DNA from: Nitratidesulfovibrio vulgaris str. Hildenborough
GTDB taxonomy: Bacteria; Desulfobacterota; Desulfovibrionia; Desulfovibrionales; Desulfovibrionaceae
Length of the DNA: 32,000 nucleotides
Reading direction: 5' to 3'
Assembly: GCF_000195755.1 (NCBI RefSeq)
Contig: NC_005863.1
Location: 150,001-182,000, forward strand
Position numbers and translations under genes: made by a program. Under the pieces are notes generated by a model. The model worked only from the letters and a program-made list of their open reading frames with translations, did no database searches and was not told the origin of the DNA. This document shows, piece after piece, positions 1 through 8,958 of this stretch (position 1 is the stretch's first letter; every line of letters begins with the position of its first letter).

Positions 1-1
1 C

Positions 2-1243
2 GCCACGGTGGACAAGCTTTCCGGCACGGGCCTCATCTCGCAGGGGCGTCAGCAGAAGGAGTCGGGCCAGTCGAATCAGGCGCAGCGCGGCGGGCAGGCC
101 TCGCAGCAGGATTCGGGCGGGGCGCAGGACGGTCAGCAGGTGAGCATCATGGCCGACCCGCGCGTCAACGCCGTCATCGTGCACGACGCCGTGTACCGGA
201 TGCCCTACTACGAGTCGGTCATCGGCGACCTCGACAGGCCGGTCGAACTCGTGGAGATACACGCCGCCATCGTCGACATCGACACCAACTTCAAGCGCGA
301 CCTCGGCGTCACCTATCAGGCCACGGTGGGCAAGGACCAGCGGTGGGCGGGCGGTGCCGACGTATCCACGGGCACCGACAAGTTCACCCCCCTGCCCGTA
401 CCCGGCGTGCCGCAGGGCAGCGGCCTGACCCTCTCCACCATCTACACCATGGGGTCGGACTACTTTCTCGCCCGCATCAACGCCCTCGAGAAGAACGGCG
501 AGGCCCGGATGCTGGGGCGGCCCTCGGTGCTGACCGTGGACAACGTGCAGGCCACCCTCGAGAACACCAGCACCTATTATATACAGGTGCAGGGCTATCA
601 GGCCGTCGACCTCTTCAAGGTCGAGGCGGGCACGGTGCTGCGCGTGACGCCGCACATCATCAACAACGACGACGGCACCGACGCCATCAAGCTGGTGGTG
701 AGCGTGCAGGACGACCAGAACAACCAGACCACGCCGACCTCGACCTCCACCACGCAGGCCATCCCGCCCATCAAGCAGACGAAGATCAACACGCAGGCCA
801 TCATCGGCGCGGGACAGAGTCTGCTGATTGGCGGCTACTACTACGAACAGAAGGCCACCAGCGCCGACGGCGTGCCCATCCTCATGAACATCCCGGTGCT
901 GGGCAACCTGTTCAAGACCCAGTCGAAAGAGAACAAGAGGATGGAACGCCTCATCCTCATCACCCCCAAGGTGGTGCGCCTCGACAACCTGCCGGGGACC
1001 CCGCCACGGGTCGACGACCCCGCCTTCCACCGCACGGCCACCCAGTCGGACTATGCCGAACGCACCCCCACGCCGCCCCCGTCGCGCCGTAGCGGTTGCA
1101 GCCGCGCGCCCGACAATGCGCCGGAAGCGGCTTCGGGTGCGGCAGGTGGCACGGGAGGAACAGGGGTGACAGCGAACACAGAAGGCGGCACCACGCCCCA
1201 AGCGGCCACATCCCCTGTCCCTGCGTACGGAGTCGCCCCATGA
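2..1243 (+). CDS. sctC: T3SS outer-membrane secretin SctC (YscC family). It is 5' truncated by the window edge and has a Pro/Gly/Thr-rich C-terminal tail.
   Basis: Secretin C-domain motifs are present (GRPSVLTVDNVQATLE, PILMNIPVLGNLFK, ERLILITPKVV). The ORF is open to the window start. It overlaps the next gene by ATGA. Confidence 0.9.
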   Translation, partial: ATVDKLSGTGLISQGRQQKESGQSNQAQRGGQASQQDSGGAQDGQQVSIMADPRVNAVIVHDAVYRMPYYESVIGDLDRPVELVEIHAAIVDIDTNFKRDLGVTYQATVGKDQRWAGGADVSTGTDKFTPLPVPGVPQGSGLTLSTIYTMGSDYFLARINALEKNGEARMLGRPSVLTVDNVQATLENTSTYYIQVQGYQAVDLFKVEAGTVLRVTPHIINNDDGTDAIKLVVSVQDDQNNQTTPTSTSTTQAIPPIKQTKINTQAIIGAGQSLLIGGYYYEQKATSADGVPILMNIPVLGNLFKTQSKENKRMERLILITPKVVRLDNLPGTPPRVDDPAFHRTATQSDYAERTPTPPPSRRSGCSRAPDNAPEAASGAAGGTGGTGVTANTEGGTTPQAATSPVPAYGVAP

Positions 1244-3048
1244 GCAGTAGCGGCGACATCATCCTTCGCGTCTTCTCCGGCCCCCATACGGGGGCCGAGG
1301 TGGTGCTTCCGCCCGGCGACCATGTCATCGGCACCGAAGACTCGTGCGACATCATCCTCTCCGACGGCGGGCTTGCGCCACGCCACGTCTCCATCGGCGT
1401 CACCGCCGGAGTGCCCGGTGCGCCATCCACCGTCCACATCACCCCGCTTGACGGCCCGGTGCGCTACGACGATGCCGAGGTGCCCGCCACGGGCGTGACC
1501 CTCGCCCCGGCGACCCCCTGCCACATCGGGGAGACCTGCCTTGCATGGAACACCCCCGGCGCACCGTGGGAGACCTTCGACCTGACACCGCGCCAGTCCG
1601 TGACGGCTGCCGACGCGGCAGCGGGAACATCCGCCATGGCGGGTGGCGACCCTGCGGCGTCCACGCTTTCCGCCAATGCGGCCGCCAGTGCATCCCCATC
1701 GGGCGCGGCGGGCGATGCCCCCTCGGGCGCATCCCAGACGCCAACACTTTCGGCAACGCCTGCCAACGAAGTTGACGACCTCGTACTCGGCAGCCCCACC
1801 CGGCCCCACCACGAAAAACGCTGGCGGTCGGCCCTGCTGGCTGCCGCCGTCATGCTGCTGTGCACCAGCACGGTGGTCATCACCCTTGAGACACGCCCGC
1901 CCGCACCCCCTGAACGCGCGGCGCACCTTGCGGCGCAGCTTCATGCCGCGGGACTGACCGCCTTGCGCGTCGAGGCACGCCCCGAAGGGGTGGTCGTCTC
2001 CGGGCTGCTGGACGACGAGGCACAGCGCATCCGCCTGTGGGACATGGCACGGAACCTGCTGTACCGGGTACAGCTTGAGGTGGCTGTGCGCAGCGACGTG
2101 CTGCACGCCGTGAAAGCCGCCTTCAACAGCCGTGGCATCTACCCCGAGGTGACGTTCATGCCCGCCGCCGACACCACGCCCACCACACCGCCCCTGTCCG
2201 CGCAGGCCATGCCCAAGGCTGTGCCGGGTACGCCCGACGCCGGGACGGGTCTCGCGCAAAGCCCAGACACGGCGACCACCAGCATGGCGGGCACCGGCAC
2301 GGCAGCGAGTGGCGTTGCGGGTACAGGCGGCAACGGCGGCAACAACAGCGACGGAAAGAGCATCGGCGGCATGACGGCAGGCACCGTGCCCGCCGGGGCT
2401 GCGACGCTGGCATCCGCCCCGCTTGCGACCCCGCAAGCCAAGGCGGGTCTGCGTGTCGCGGGCTACATGCGCGACGGCGTGGTGGAGGCATGGGCCTTCG
2501 ACGCGCTGCGCGAAGACGTGCCGCAGATGCCGCACGTCACCCGCGACCTGCGCTATGCCAGTCAGGTGGCCCCCGTCCTCGACCCGCTGCTTGCCGACGC
2601 GGGGCTGAAGCATGTGCAGACGCGTTACCTTTCAGGCGTGGTGCAACTCTCCGGCGACCTCGACGCGGCACAGCGCGAGGCCCTCGACACCGTGCTGGCG
2701 CAGACGCGCACGCGGCTTCAGGTCGACATCCCCTTCGAGGTCGTCCAATCGGCCCCGGCACCCGACAAGAAACAGCAGGAGGCCCCCGCCCCGGTGGCGG
2801 GCCGCGGCTTCACCCCCGCACGGCAAGAGGCCGCAGCCCCGGCACAGGCCGAGGGGCCACAGGGCATCGACGTGCGCAGTGTCACTCTCACGCCGTTACG
2901 CTTCGTCACCACGGGCGACGGACAACGCATCTTCGAAGGCGGCATGCTGCCGGGCGGCTATGTCGTCGAATCCATAAGCACCACCGAACTCCATCTGCGC
3001 AAGGATGGACGTTCCACCATCTACCGACTGAGAGGTTCCCATGACTGA
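1240..3048 (+). CDS. sctD: T3SS inner-membrane ring protein SctD (YscD family). It has an N-terminal FHA-like domain, one TM segment and a periplasmic domain.
   Basis: The ATG at 1240 overlaps the sctC stop (ATGA). The N-terminus MSSSGDIILRVFSGPHTGAEVVLPPGDHVIGTEDSCDIILSD is a typical YscD FHA fold signature. The TM segment is WRSALLAAAVMLLCTSTVVITL. Its position after sctC fits the family. Confidence 0.8.
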   Translation: MSSSGDIILRVFSGPHTGAEVVLPPGDHVIGTEDSCDIILSDGGLAPRHVSIGVTAGVPGAPSTVHITPLDGPVRYDDAEVPATGVTLAPATPCHIGETCLAWNTPGAPWETFDLTPRQSVTAADAAAGTSAMAGGDPAASTLSANAAASASPSGAAGDAPSGASQTPTLSATPANEVDDLVLGSPTRPHHEKRWRSALLAAAVMLLCTSTVVITLETRPPAPPERAAHLAAQLHAAGLTALRVEARPEGVVVSGLLDDEAQRIRLWDMARNLLYRVQLEVAVRSDVLHAVKAAFNSRGIYPEVTFMPAADTTPTTPPLSAQAMPKAVPGTPDAGTGLAQSPDTATTSMAGTGTAASGVAGTGGNGGNNSDGKSIGGMTAGTVPAGAATLASAPLATPQAKAGLRVAGYMRDGVVEAWAFDALREDVPQMPHVTRDLRYASQVAPVLDPLLADAGLKHVQTRYLSGVVQLSGDLDAAQREALDTVLAQTRTRLQVDIPFEVVQSAPAPDKKQQEAPAPVAGRGFTPARQEAAAPAQAEGPQGIDVRSVTLTPLRFVTTGDGQRIFEGGMLPGGYVVESISTTELHLRKDGRSTIYRLRGSHD

Positions 3049-3250
3049 ACCGCGCGCATCGGCGTTCGACCTTGCCGACGACCACTCCGGCGTCAAGGCC
3101 CGCGCCCTGAAGGAAGAACTGCTCACCCTCGACATGTCGGTGAAGCGCACCATGGACGCCGGGCTCACCCCCGACGACATGAAGGTGGCACAGGCCGCCC
3201 GCGACGCCGTTCAGGCCGCGTCGCGCGTGGTCGAGGCCCTTTCCCGCTGA
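3041..3250 (+). CDS. Small helical protein, YscE/PscE-like needle co-chaperone. The call is positional.
   Basis: It is 69 aa, predicted helical, lies immediately upstream of the needle gene and overlaps the sctD stop by 8 nt. Its size and position match yscE in the Ysc order. Confidence 0.5.
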   Translation: MTEPRASAFDLADDHSGVKARALKEELLTLDMSVKRTMDAGLTPDDMKVAQAARDAVQAASRVVEALSR

Positions 3251-3275
3251 CCCCGTAAACCCGCAGGAGGATACC

Positions 3276-3527
3276 ATGAACGTCGGTAACGCCCCCGGAC
3301 TCGACCTTGGCAAGATGTTCCAGACAGGTGTCGACAGCCTCGGTGACAAGGGCAAGGCACTTCAGGACAAGATGGGCACGCTCATGCAGCAGGAACAGGT
3401 CAGCCCTGAGCAGATGCTGCAACTGCAATTCGAGATGGGCCAGTACAACGCCACACTCGAAGCGCTGTCGTCGGTCACCAAGAGCATGACGGACATGCTG
3501 AAGAGCCTTTCGCAGCGCACCGGCTAG
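3276..3527 (+). CDS. sctF: T3SS needle filament protein SctF (YscF/PrgI/MxiH family)
   Basis: It is 83 aa with an AGGAGG RBS. The helix-turn-helix needle pattern is present, with C-terminus QLQFEMGQYNATLEALSSVTKSMTDMLKSLSQR. Confidence 0.85.
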   Translation: MNVGNAPGLDLGKMFQTGVDSLGDKGKALQDKMGTLMQQEQVSPEQMLQLQFEMGQYNATLEALSSVTKSMTDMLKSLSQRTG

Positions 3528-3721
3528 CACCGCGTGCGGGTGTGTGGGGGGCCGCGGCCCCGCCCGCTCCGCCCGTCACGGGCGCAGCCGTCATGCGGCT
3601 ATCGCGCCCCATGGTGCGCATGTCGTGCGCGTGACGCGCTCATGTAGCGCACATGTCGCGCCCGTATCACACCCGGCTTGTGTCCGGCCTGTGCCAGTTT
3701 GCCTGAACAGAGGAGAGAACC

Positions 3722-4087
3722 GTGTTTTCAGATTCCGACATATCGCTGTTGCTCGATGTGGCCAACGCCGCCTGCCATAAGGGCCATGTGGCCGACGCCC
3801 GCAGCATCTACGAAGGTGTGCTGGCCGTGCGCCCCGGCTTCGCCCCCGCACGTCTCGGGCAGGCCCTCAGCCACGCCGTGGTCAACGAATTCGCAGAGGC
3901 AGAACGCATCATCAACGAAGAGGTGCTGGCAGAAGCCCCCGAAGACACAGATGCCAAGGCCCTGCTGGGCCTGACCTACTTCCTCGCCGGACGCGACGAA
4001 GAGGCCCGGGACGTGCTGCGTCCCGTGGCAGAGGGCGACACCCCTGCCGCCTATGTCGCAAGGGGACTTCTGGAAGGCATCCGCTAG
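3722..4087 (+). CDS. TPR-like needle chaperone (YscG/PscG-like)
   Basis: It has a GTG start with an upstream GAGGAGAG RBS and is 121 aa. The TPR-like sequence is ARSIYEGVLAVRPGFAPARLGQALSH...ALLGLTYFLAGRDEEARDVL. It sits after sctF, as yscG does. Confidence 0.6.
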   Translation: MFSDSDISLLLDVANAACHKGHVADARSIYEGVLAVRPGFAPARLGQALSHAVVNEFAEAERIINEEVLAEAPEDTDAKALLGLTYFLAGRDEEARDVLRPVAEGDTPAAYVARGLLEGIR

Positions 4088-4129
4088 CCCCGCCCACGGG
4101 GGCGCAACGGCACTGCGACCGGAGACGCC

Positions 4130-4945
4130 ATGGACATAGCCGCCGTCGGCAAGGCGTCGTCACGCCTTCTTGAGGCGCTTGAGAAGTTGAGTTCCTCGCC
4201 GGGGGCCGACCTCAAGAGCGCGACCGGGCCTTCGGGCCAGCCAGACCCTGAACTGGTGCGCGCCTTTCTGGACGCGCTGGAGGGTACGGGTGGTGCGTCG
4301 TCGGGTCTGCAAGGCGGTGCTGGCGGGCAGGGTCTATCCGGCCCCACGGCCCTGTCCGATGACGGGCCGGGAGGCTTGCCGCTGCACGGCGGGCCGGAGG
4401 CCATGCCCGGTGTCGGGCCCGATATCGGGCCCGAAGCGGCATCGGGGATAGGGTCTGACACGCGGCCCGACGCCGTGCGGGGCAAGGCCGCGTCAGGCGG
4501 CATTGAGGACGGACACGACCCGACACGGCCCGAGGCCACGGGTGTGCCGGAAGGAACGGGCGCAACGGATAAGACGGGCACCACCTATCATGTGGACGAT
4601 GCGGCACGCCGCACCGGAGTAGAAGAGATGGGCCTCGGCGAGACGTCGCCTACGTCACCGCAAGGCGCAGACCGCACGCACGCGCCCGATGGCGTGCGCA
4701 CCTCGCCCGAAGTGCCGGGAACGGGCCACGAATCCGGCGCAGGGCGCGGTGCCTCCGGGGCGGATGACCCGCTGCGCGAACTGGCGCGACTGGTCGAACG
4801 GGTTGCCACCGGGCAGCCCACGCCCACCGAACTCTACAGGCTGCAATACATGGTGGGCATGTTGCGGCTTCAGGCATCGAGCGGTACTCAGGTTTCACAG
4901 CAGGCTACGCAGGGTCTCGAATCCCTGCTCAAGCAACAGGGCTAA
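4130..4945 (+). CDS. sctI: T3SS inner rod protein SctI (YscI/PrgJ family) carrying a ~160-aa Gly/Pro-rich internal insertion
   Basis: The N-terminal ELVRAFLDALEG and the C-terminal ELYRLQYMVGMLRLQASSGTQVSQQATQGLESLLKQQG resemble the conserved ends of YscI-type rods. The gene lies directly upstream of sctJ. Confidence 0.6.
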   Translation: MDIAAVGKASSRLLEALEKLSSSPGADLKSATGPSGQPDPELVRAFLDALEGTGGASSGLQGGAGGQGLSGPTALSDDGPGGLPLHGGPEAMPGVGPDIGPEAASGIGSDTRPDAVRGKAASGGIEDGHDPTRPEATGVPEGTGATDKTGTTYHVDDAARRTGVEEMGLGETSPTSPQGADRTHAPDGVRTSPEVPGTGHESGAGRGASGADDPLRELARLVERVATGQPTPTELYRLQYMVGMLRLQASSGTQVSQQATQGLESLLKQQG

Positions 4946-4969
4946 TCCGCCACCGAGCGAGAGGACACG

Positions 4970-5785
4970 ATGGGACGACGCGACAGGGCATACGGACTTC
5001 TGGCCACATGGCGAAACGTCGCGTTGGCGGCACTTCTGCTTGTGCTCCTCACCGGCTGCAAGGCTGAACTCTACAAGGGTTTGAACGAGGAACAGGCCAA
5101 CACCATGCTGGCTACCCTCCTCAAGCGCGGCATCGAGGTCGACAAGCAGTCCGAGGGCAAGAACGGCTATACGCTGAGCGTCGAACGCAGGCAGGTGGTG
5201 CAGGCCCTCGAGGTGCTGCGCGAGAACAGCCTCCCGCGCGAGCAGTACCAGAGCCTCGGCAAGGTCTTCTCCGGCGATGGCATGATCGCCTCGCCCTCCG
5301 AAGAGAAGGCCCGCCTCTCGTACGCCATCTCGCAGGAACTGGCAGACACCTTCTCGCGCATCGACGGCGTGCTGACGGCCCGCGCCCACGTTGTGCTGGC
5401 CTCGTCCGACGTGGGCACCGACACCCGCACCCCCGCCTCGGCTGCCGTCTTCCTGCGCCACACCGAAGACTCGCCCGTGGTCAACCTCATCCCCAAGATA
5501 CGCGAGATGACAGCCAAGGCCGTGCCGGGGCTGGACTACGAGAAGGTGTCGGTCATGCTGGTGCCCGTGCGCGAGAGCGTCACCGTGCCCCTGCGCGACG
5601 CCCCCACCCTGCTGGGCATTCCGCTGCCTTCCGATTCGGGGCCCTCGTACCTTCTCGCCGGGGCCGCCATCGCGCTGCTGTGCGCCCTTCTCGCCCTCGC
5701 CCTCATGGGCGTGCGTGCGGGGCTTGCCACGCTCGAGGCCCGCAAGAACGCAGCTGCCGACGCAAAGCAGCACGGCGGAGACTAG
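4970..5785 (+). CDS. sctJ: T3SS inner-membrane ring lipoprotein SctJ (YscJ/PrgK family)
   Basis: A lipobox LLTGC is followed by ELYKGLNEEQANTMLATLLKRGIEVDK...YTLSVE, the typical YscJ N-terminus. A C-terminal TM segment is present. Confidence 0.9.
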   Translation: MGRRDRAYGLLATWRNVALAALLLVLLTGCKAELYKGLNEEQANTMLATLLKRGIEVDKQSEGKNGYTLSVERRQVVQALEVLRENSLPREQYQSLGKVFSGDGMIASPSEEKARLSYAISQELADTFSRIDGVLTARAHVVLASSDVGTDTRTPASAAVFLRHTEDSPVVNLIPKIREMTAKAVPGLDYEKVSVMLVPVRESVTVPLRDAPTLLGIPLPSDSGPSYLLAGAAIALLCALLALALMGVRAGLATLEARKNAAADAKQHGGD

Positions 5786-5791
5786 CCCACC

Positions 5792-6715
5792 ATGAACCGG
5801 GCGTTCTTTCTGGATATCCTGCGACGCAAGCCGGCCCTGTTCCAGGCCATGCTCGCGTTCAACGCCGAAGGGTCGCCGTCTGCGTCGGGACTTGCCGACG
5901 TGCTGACGCGGGCCGTACCGGGCATCGACGCAGGGCTGTTGCTCACATCTCCCGACGTCCGCAGACGCCTCACCGCACTGTGCCCTGTGGCTGCGCCCGG
6001 TGAGACGGCTGCGGGTGCGCCGGGCCACGGCGCGGCTGGCAGCACAGCTGGCAAGACATCCGGCAGCACACCGGGCAACACCTTTGGCCCCGACACAGCA
6101 ACATCCGGCGAGCGGGCTTCCGAGGCTACGGCCCCCGGCGCACCGGCTTCGGGCGCACCGCGCGTGCCCTTCTGGGATTTCGCCGAAGAATCGCGCAGAC
6201 TCGCCCTGCTGCCCGCCCCCGCCGTGGACAGGCTGGCCCTCACCTTCGGCGCGGCACTGCACGGCAACGCCTTCGCCGTCCTCGTCCGGCGCGACGACGT
6301 GCTCACCCTGCGCGCCGCCCTCGGTGAAGACCTCTACGCCTACGGGCTGCACCGGGGCCGCTACCAGCTTGGCGGCGTGCGTCGCCACTTCTCGCCGCTG
6401 CGCGACGCCGAACGCACGGGCGAGGGCATCGCCCGGCGCATCCGCACCGACGGCCTCACCGCGCTTGGCGTGTGCATCGCCCGCTGGCCCGACGTGCTGC
6501 GGCGTCGGCTGGTCTGGCCCGACAGCATGTCTGGCATCTCCTCGGGCAACACCCCCGGCAACACCCCCGAAGACATCACAGCCGACATCATCTCCGGCAC
6601 CTCTCCCCGGTGGGACGAGGCGCGCAGGCAGGCCGCATGGCCCGACATCTGGTTCTCGCTACGGAAACTGCTCCTCAAGGAGGTCGCACCGCAATGGGCG
6701 CCCTGTTTCGACTGA
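5792..6715 (+). CDS. sctK: Putative sorting-platform protein SctK (YscK-like), with a low-complexity insert
   Basis: The call rests on its position between sctJ and sctL. The C-terminal half (RRLALLPAPAVDRLALTFGAAL...LRAALGEDLYAYGLHRGRY) resembles YscK/HrpD5-type proteins. This family is weakly conserved. Confidence 0.5.
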   Translation: MNRAFFLDILRRKPALFQAMLAFNAEGSPSASGLADVLTRAVPGIDAGLLLTSPDVRRRLTALCPVAAPGETAAGAPGHGAAGSTAGKTSGSTPGNTFGPDTATSGERASEATAPGAPASGAPRVPFWDFAEESRRLALLPAPAVDRLALTFGAALHGNAFAVLVRRDDVLTLRAALGEDLYAYGLHRGRYQLGGVRRHFSPLRDAERTGEGIARRIRTDGLTALGVCIARWPDVLRRRLVWPDSMSGISSGNTPGNTPEDITADIISGTSPRWDEARRQAAWPDIWFSLRKLLLKEVAPQWAPCFD

Positions 6716-7311
6716 ACGCCAGCACCGTCGTCCCCGCTGCGGGCCGCCGCGTGTTGCGCGCGGCTGATGCCGCCCTGCTGTGCGAGGCGCAGGACATCCT
6801 TGCCGCCGCCCGTGAACGTGCCGCCGCGCTGGAACGCGAGGCCGAAGAGGCCTACGCCAGACGCCTTGACGAGGGCTACAACGACGGTCTCGAACAGGGC
6901 CGCATGGAACACGCCGAGAAGGTGCTTGAGACCGTCCTCTCCTCTGTGGAGTTCATCGAGGGCATCGAAGGCACGGTGGTGCGCGTGGTCACCGAGTCCA
7001 TCCGCAAGGTCATCGGCGAGATGGACGACGACGAACGCATCGTGCGCATCGTGCGCAACGCCCTCGTCGCCGTGCGCAACCAGCAGCGCGTGACCATCCG
7101 CGTGGCCCCCGCAGACGAGAAGGCCGTCACCGAATCGCTTGCCGCCATGCTGCAACGCGCCCCCGGCAGCGTGGGCTTTCTCGACGTGGTGGCCGACCCG
7201 CGCCTTGCGCGGGGGGCGTGTCTGCTTGAAAGCGAACTCGGCGTGGTGGACGCCAGCCTCGAGACCCAACTTGCCGCGCTGGAGAAGGCGTTCCATGCCA
7301 AGATCAGGTGA
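6694..7311 (+). CDS. sctL: T3SS stator/ATPase regulator SctL (YscL/FliH family)
   Basis: An internal ATG at 6694 is preceded by AAGGAGG (6678-6684). The product is 205 aa. A charged coiled N-terminus (EAQDILAAARERAAALEREAEEAYARRLDEGY) is followed by a FliH-like C-domain. Confidence 0.8.
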   Translation: MGALFRLNASTVVPAAGRRVLRAADAALLCEAQDILAAARERAAALEREAEEAYARRLDEGYNDGLEQGRMEHAEKVLETVLSSVEFIEGIEGTVVRVVTESIRKVIGEMDDDERIVRIVRNALVAVRNQQRVTIRVAPADEKAVTESLAAMLQRAPGSVGFLDVVADPRLARGACLLESELGVVDASLETQLAALEKAFHAKIR

Positions 7312-7433
7312 CGCACCCCTGCGGGCGAGGGCGGCAGCAGCCCGGCATCCGAAGAAGAACGCCCCCCTTGTGCGCCCGCCGACCCTCTCCGGTGCCGTGC
7401 GCCATTTCGCGGACACCTCGGCGGCTGGCCTTT

Positions 7434-7504
7434 CCGGGCCTGACCTTCAGCAGGCACACCTTCAAGGGGCACACCTTAAGGGGACACATATCACCGGGCC
7501 TGAC
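7434..7504. promoter_or_regulatory. Direct-repeat cluster in the sctL-sctN intergenic region, a candidate regulator binding site
   Basis: CCGGGCCTGAC occurs exactly at 7434-7444 and 7494-7504. These two copies flank three tandem ~14-bp units: GGCACACCTTCAAGG, GGCACACCTTAAGG, GGACACATATCACC. Confidence 0.3.
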
Positions 7505-7638
7505 TCTTACAGGACGGCCCCTTACGGCGTGGCGACATCGTTCCGGGCGGCAGCGCACAGGCACCGCACCCCCACGACGGCAACCGCCGCCGTGCCCCGC
7601 CACCCTGCAACACACCGCGCCCCGCGGCAGGAGTCGGC

Positions 7639-8955
7639 ATGGCCTTCGAATACATAGGCCCGCTGCTTGAAGAGGCCGTCAACAGCGGCCCCTCGGTCGA
7701 GGTGCGCGGTCGCGTCGAACAGGTGGTGGGAACCATCATCCGCGCCGTGGTGCCCGGGGTGAAGGTCGGCGAACTGTGCCTGCTGCGCAACCCGTGGGAC
7801 GACTGGAACCTGCGGGCAGAGGTGGTGGGTTTCGTCAAGCATGTGGCGTTGCTCACGCCGCTGGGCAATCTTCAGGGCATCTCGCCCGCCACGGAGGTCA
7901 TCCCCACTGGCGAGATTCTCTCCATCCCCGTCGGTGAAGACCTCTTGGGGCGCGTCCTCGACGGCCTTGGCGACCCCATCGACGGCGGCCCGCCGCTGAA
8001 GCCGCGCACCCGCTACCCCGTCTACGCCGACCCGCCCAACCCCATGACGCGCCGCATCATCGACAGGCCCATCTCGCTGGGGCTGCGTGTCCTCGACGGG
8101 GTGCTCACCTGCGGCGAAGGCCAGCGCATGGGCATCTTCGCGGCTGCGGGCGGCGGCAAGAGCACCCTACTCTCGAGCATCATCAAGGGATGCTCTGCGG
8201 ATGTGTGCGTGCTCGCGCTCATCGGTGAACGCGGGCGAGAGGTGCGCGAGTTCATCGAACACGACCTCGGCCCCGAAGGACGCAAGAAGGCGGTGCTGGT
8301 GGTATCCACCTCTGACCGTTCGTCCATGGAACGGCTGAAGGCCGCCTACACGGCGACCGCCATCGCCGAATATTTCCGCGACCAGCGGCGCAGCGTGCTG
8401 CTGATGATGGACTCGGTGACGCGCTTCGGACGCGCCCAGCGCGAGATAGGGCTGGCAGCGGGCGAACCGCCCACGCGCCGGGGCTTTCCGCCGTCGGTCT
8501 TCTCGACCCTGCCGCGCCTCATGGAACGTGCGGGCAACTCCGACAGGGGTTCCATCACCGCGCTGTACACCGTGCTGGTGGAAGGCGACGACATGACAGA
8601 ACCCATCGCCGACGAGACGCGCTCCATCCTCGACGGGCACATCGTCCTCTCGCGCAAGCTGGCGGCAGCCAACCACTACCCCGCCATCGACGTGCAGGCC
8701 AGCGTCAGCCGCGTCATGAACGCCATCGTCGGCAAGGAGCACAAGGGCGCGGCGCAGAAGCTGCGCAAGATTCTCGCCAAATACGCCGAGGTGGAACTGC
8801 TGGTGCAGATTGGCGAATACAAGAAGGGTTCCGACAAGGAGGCCGACGACGCGCTGGCGCGTGTGGGCGCGGTGAACGCCTTCCTGCGGCAGGGTCTCGA
8901 CGAGCGAAGCACCTTCGACGAGACGCTGGCGGCCCTGTACAAGGCCACGGAGTAA
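7639..8955 (+). CDS. sctN: T3SS ATPase SctN (YscN/InvC family)
   Basis: Walker A is [14 protein letters not shown] and Walker B is [11 protein letters not shown]. An F1-like ATPase fold signature runs throughout. An AGGAG RBS is present. Confidence 0.97.
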   Translation: MAFEYIGPLLEEAVNSGPSVEVRGRVEQVVGTIIRAVVPGVKVGELCLLRNPWDDWNLRAEVVGFVKHVALLTPLGNLQGISPATEVIPTGEILSIPVGEDLLGRVLDGLGDPIDGGPPLKPRTRYPVYADPPNPMTRRIIDRPISLGLRVLDGVLTCGEGQRMGIFAAAGGGKSTLLSSIIKGCSADVCVLALIGERGREVREFIEHDLGPEGRKKAVLVVSTSDRSSMERLKAAYTATAIAEYFRDQRRSVLLMMDSVTRFGRAQREIGLAAGEPPTRRGFPPSVFSTLPRLMERAGNSDRGSITALYTVLVEGDDMTEPIADETRSILDGHIVLSRKLAAANHYPAIDVQASVSRVMNAIVGKEHKGAAQKLRKILAKYAEVELLVQIGEYKKGSDKEADDALARVGAVNAFLRQGLDERSTFDETLAALYKATE

Positions 8956-8958
8956 CAC

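Noticed and set aside
2045-2059. Near-consensus sigma54 motif TGGCACGGAACCTGC inside sctD. Weaker TGGCAC hits occur at ~1147 and ~11517.
   Set aside because: The motifs lie deep inside coding sequence, with no downstream start codon or gene boundary to serve. Chance occurrence is plausible in GC-rich DNA. I would revisit this only if transcription-start mapping shows an internal start.
1051-2613. Long antisense ORFs opposite the T3SS and cas genes (1051-2613, 4895-6388, 6361-7416, 8167-9348, 11443-13476, 15260-18010, 18659-20407, all - strand)
   Set aside because: Their translations are Arg/Gly/Ala/His-rich with no recognisable motifs. Each lies exactly opposite a + strand gene that has strong family signatures and an RBS. 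This is typical shadow-ORF behaviour in high-GC DNA.
3690-3708. Possible sigma54 promoter (GGCCTGTGCCAGTTTGCC) upstream of the yscG-like gene
   Set aside because: The GG-to-GC spacing is 13 nt rather than the required 10, and the -24 element is not TGGCAC.
6472-6693. Upstream extension of the sctL ORF to 6472, plus the 255-aa ORF 6000-6767
   Set aside because: The extension overlaps sctK out of frame, is Arg/His-rich and lacks an RBS. By contrast, the ATG at 6694 has a perfect AAGGAGG and gives a normal-length SctL.
7139-7670. ORFs of 172 aa and 120 aa spanning the sctL-sctN gap
   Set aside because: They have no RBS and a Pro/Arg-rich low-complexity translation that simply mirrors the DNA direct repeats. 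They overlap the sctL 3' end and the sctN 5' end out of frame. I treated the region as non-coding regulatory DNA.
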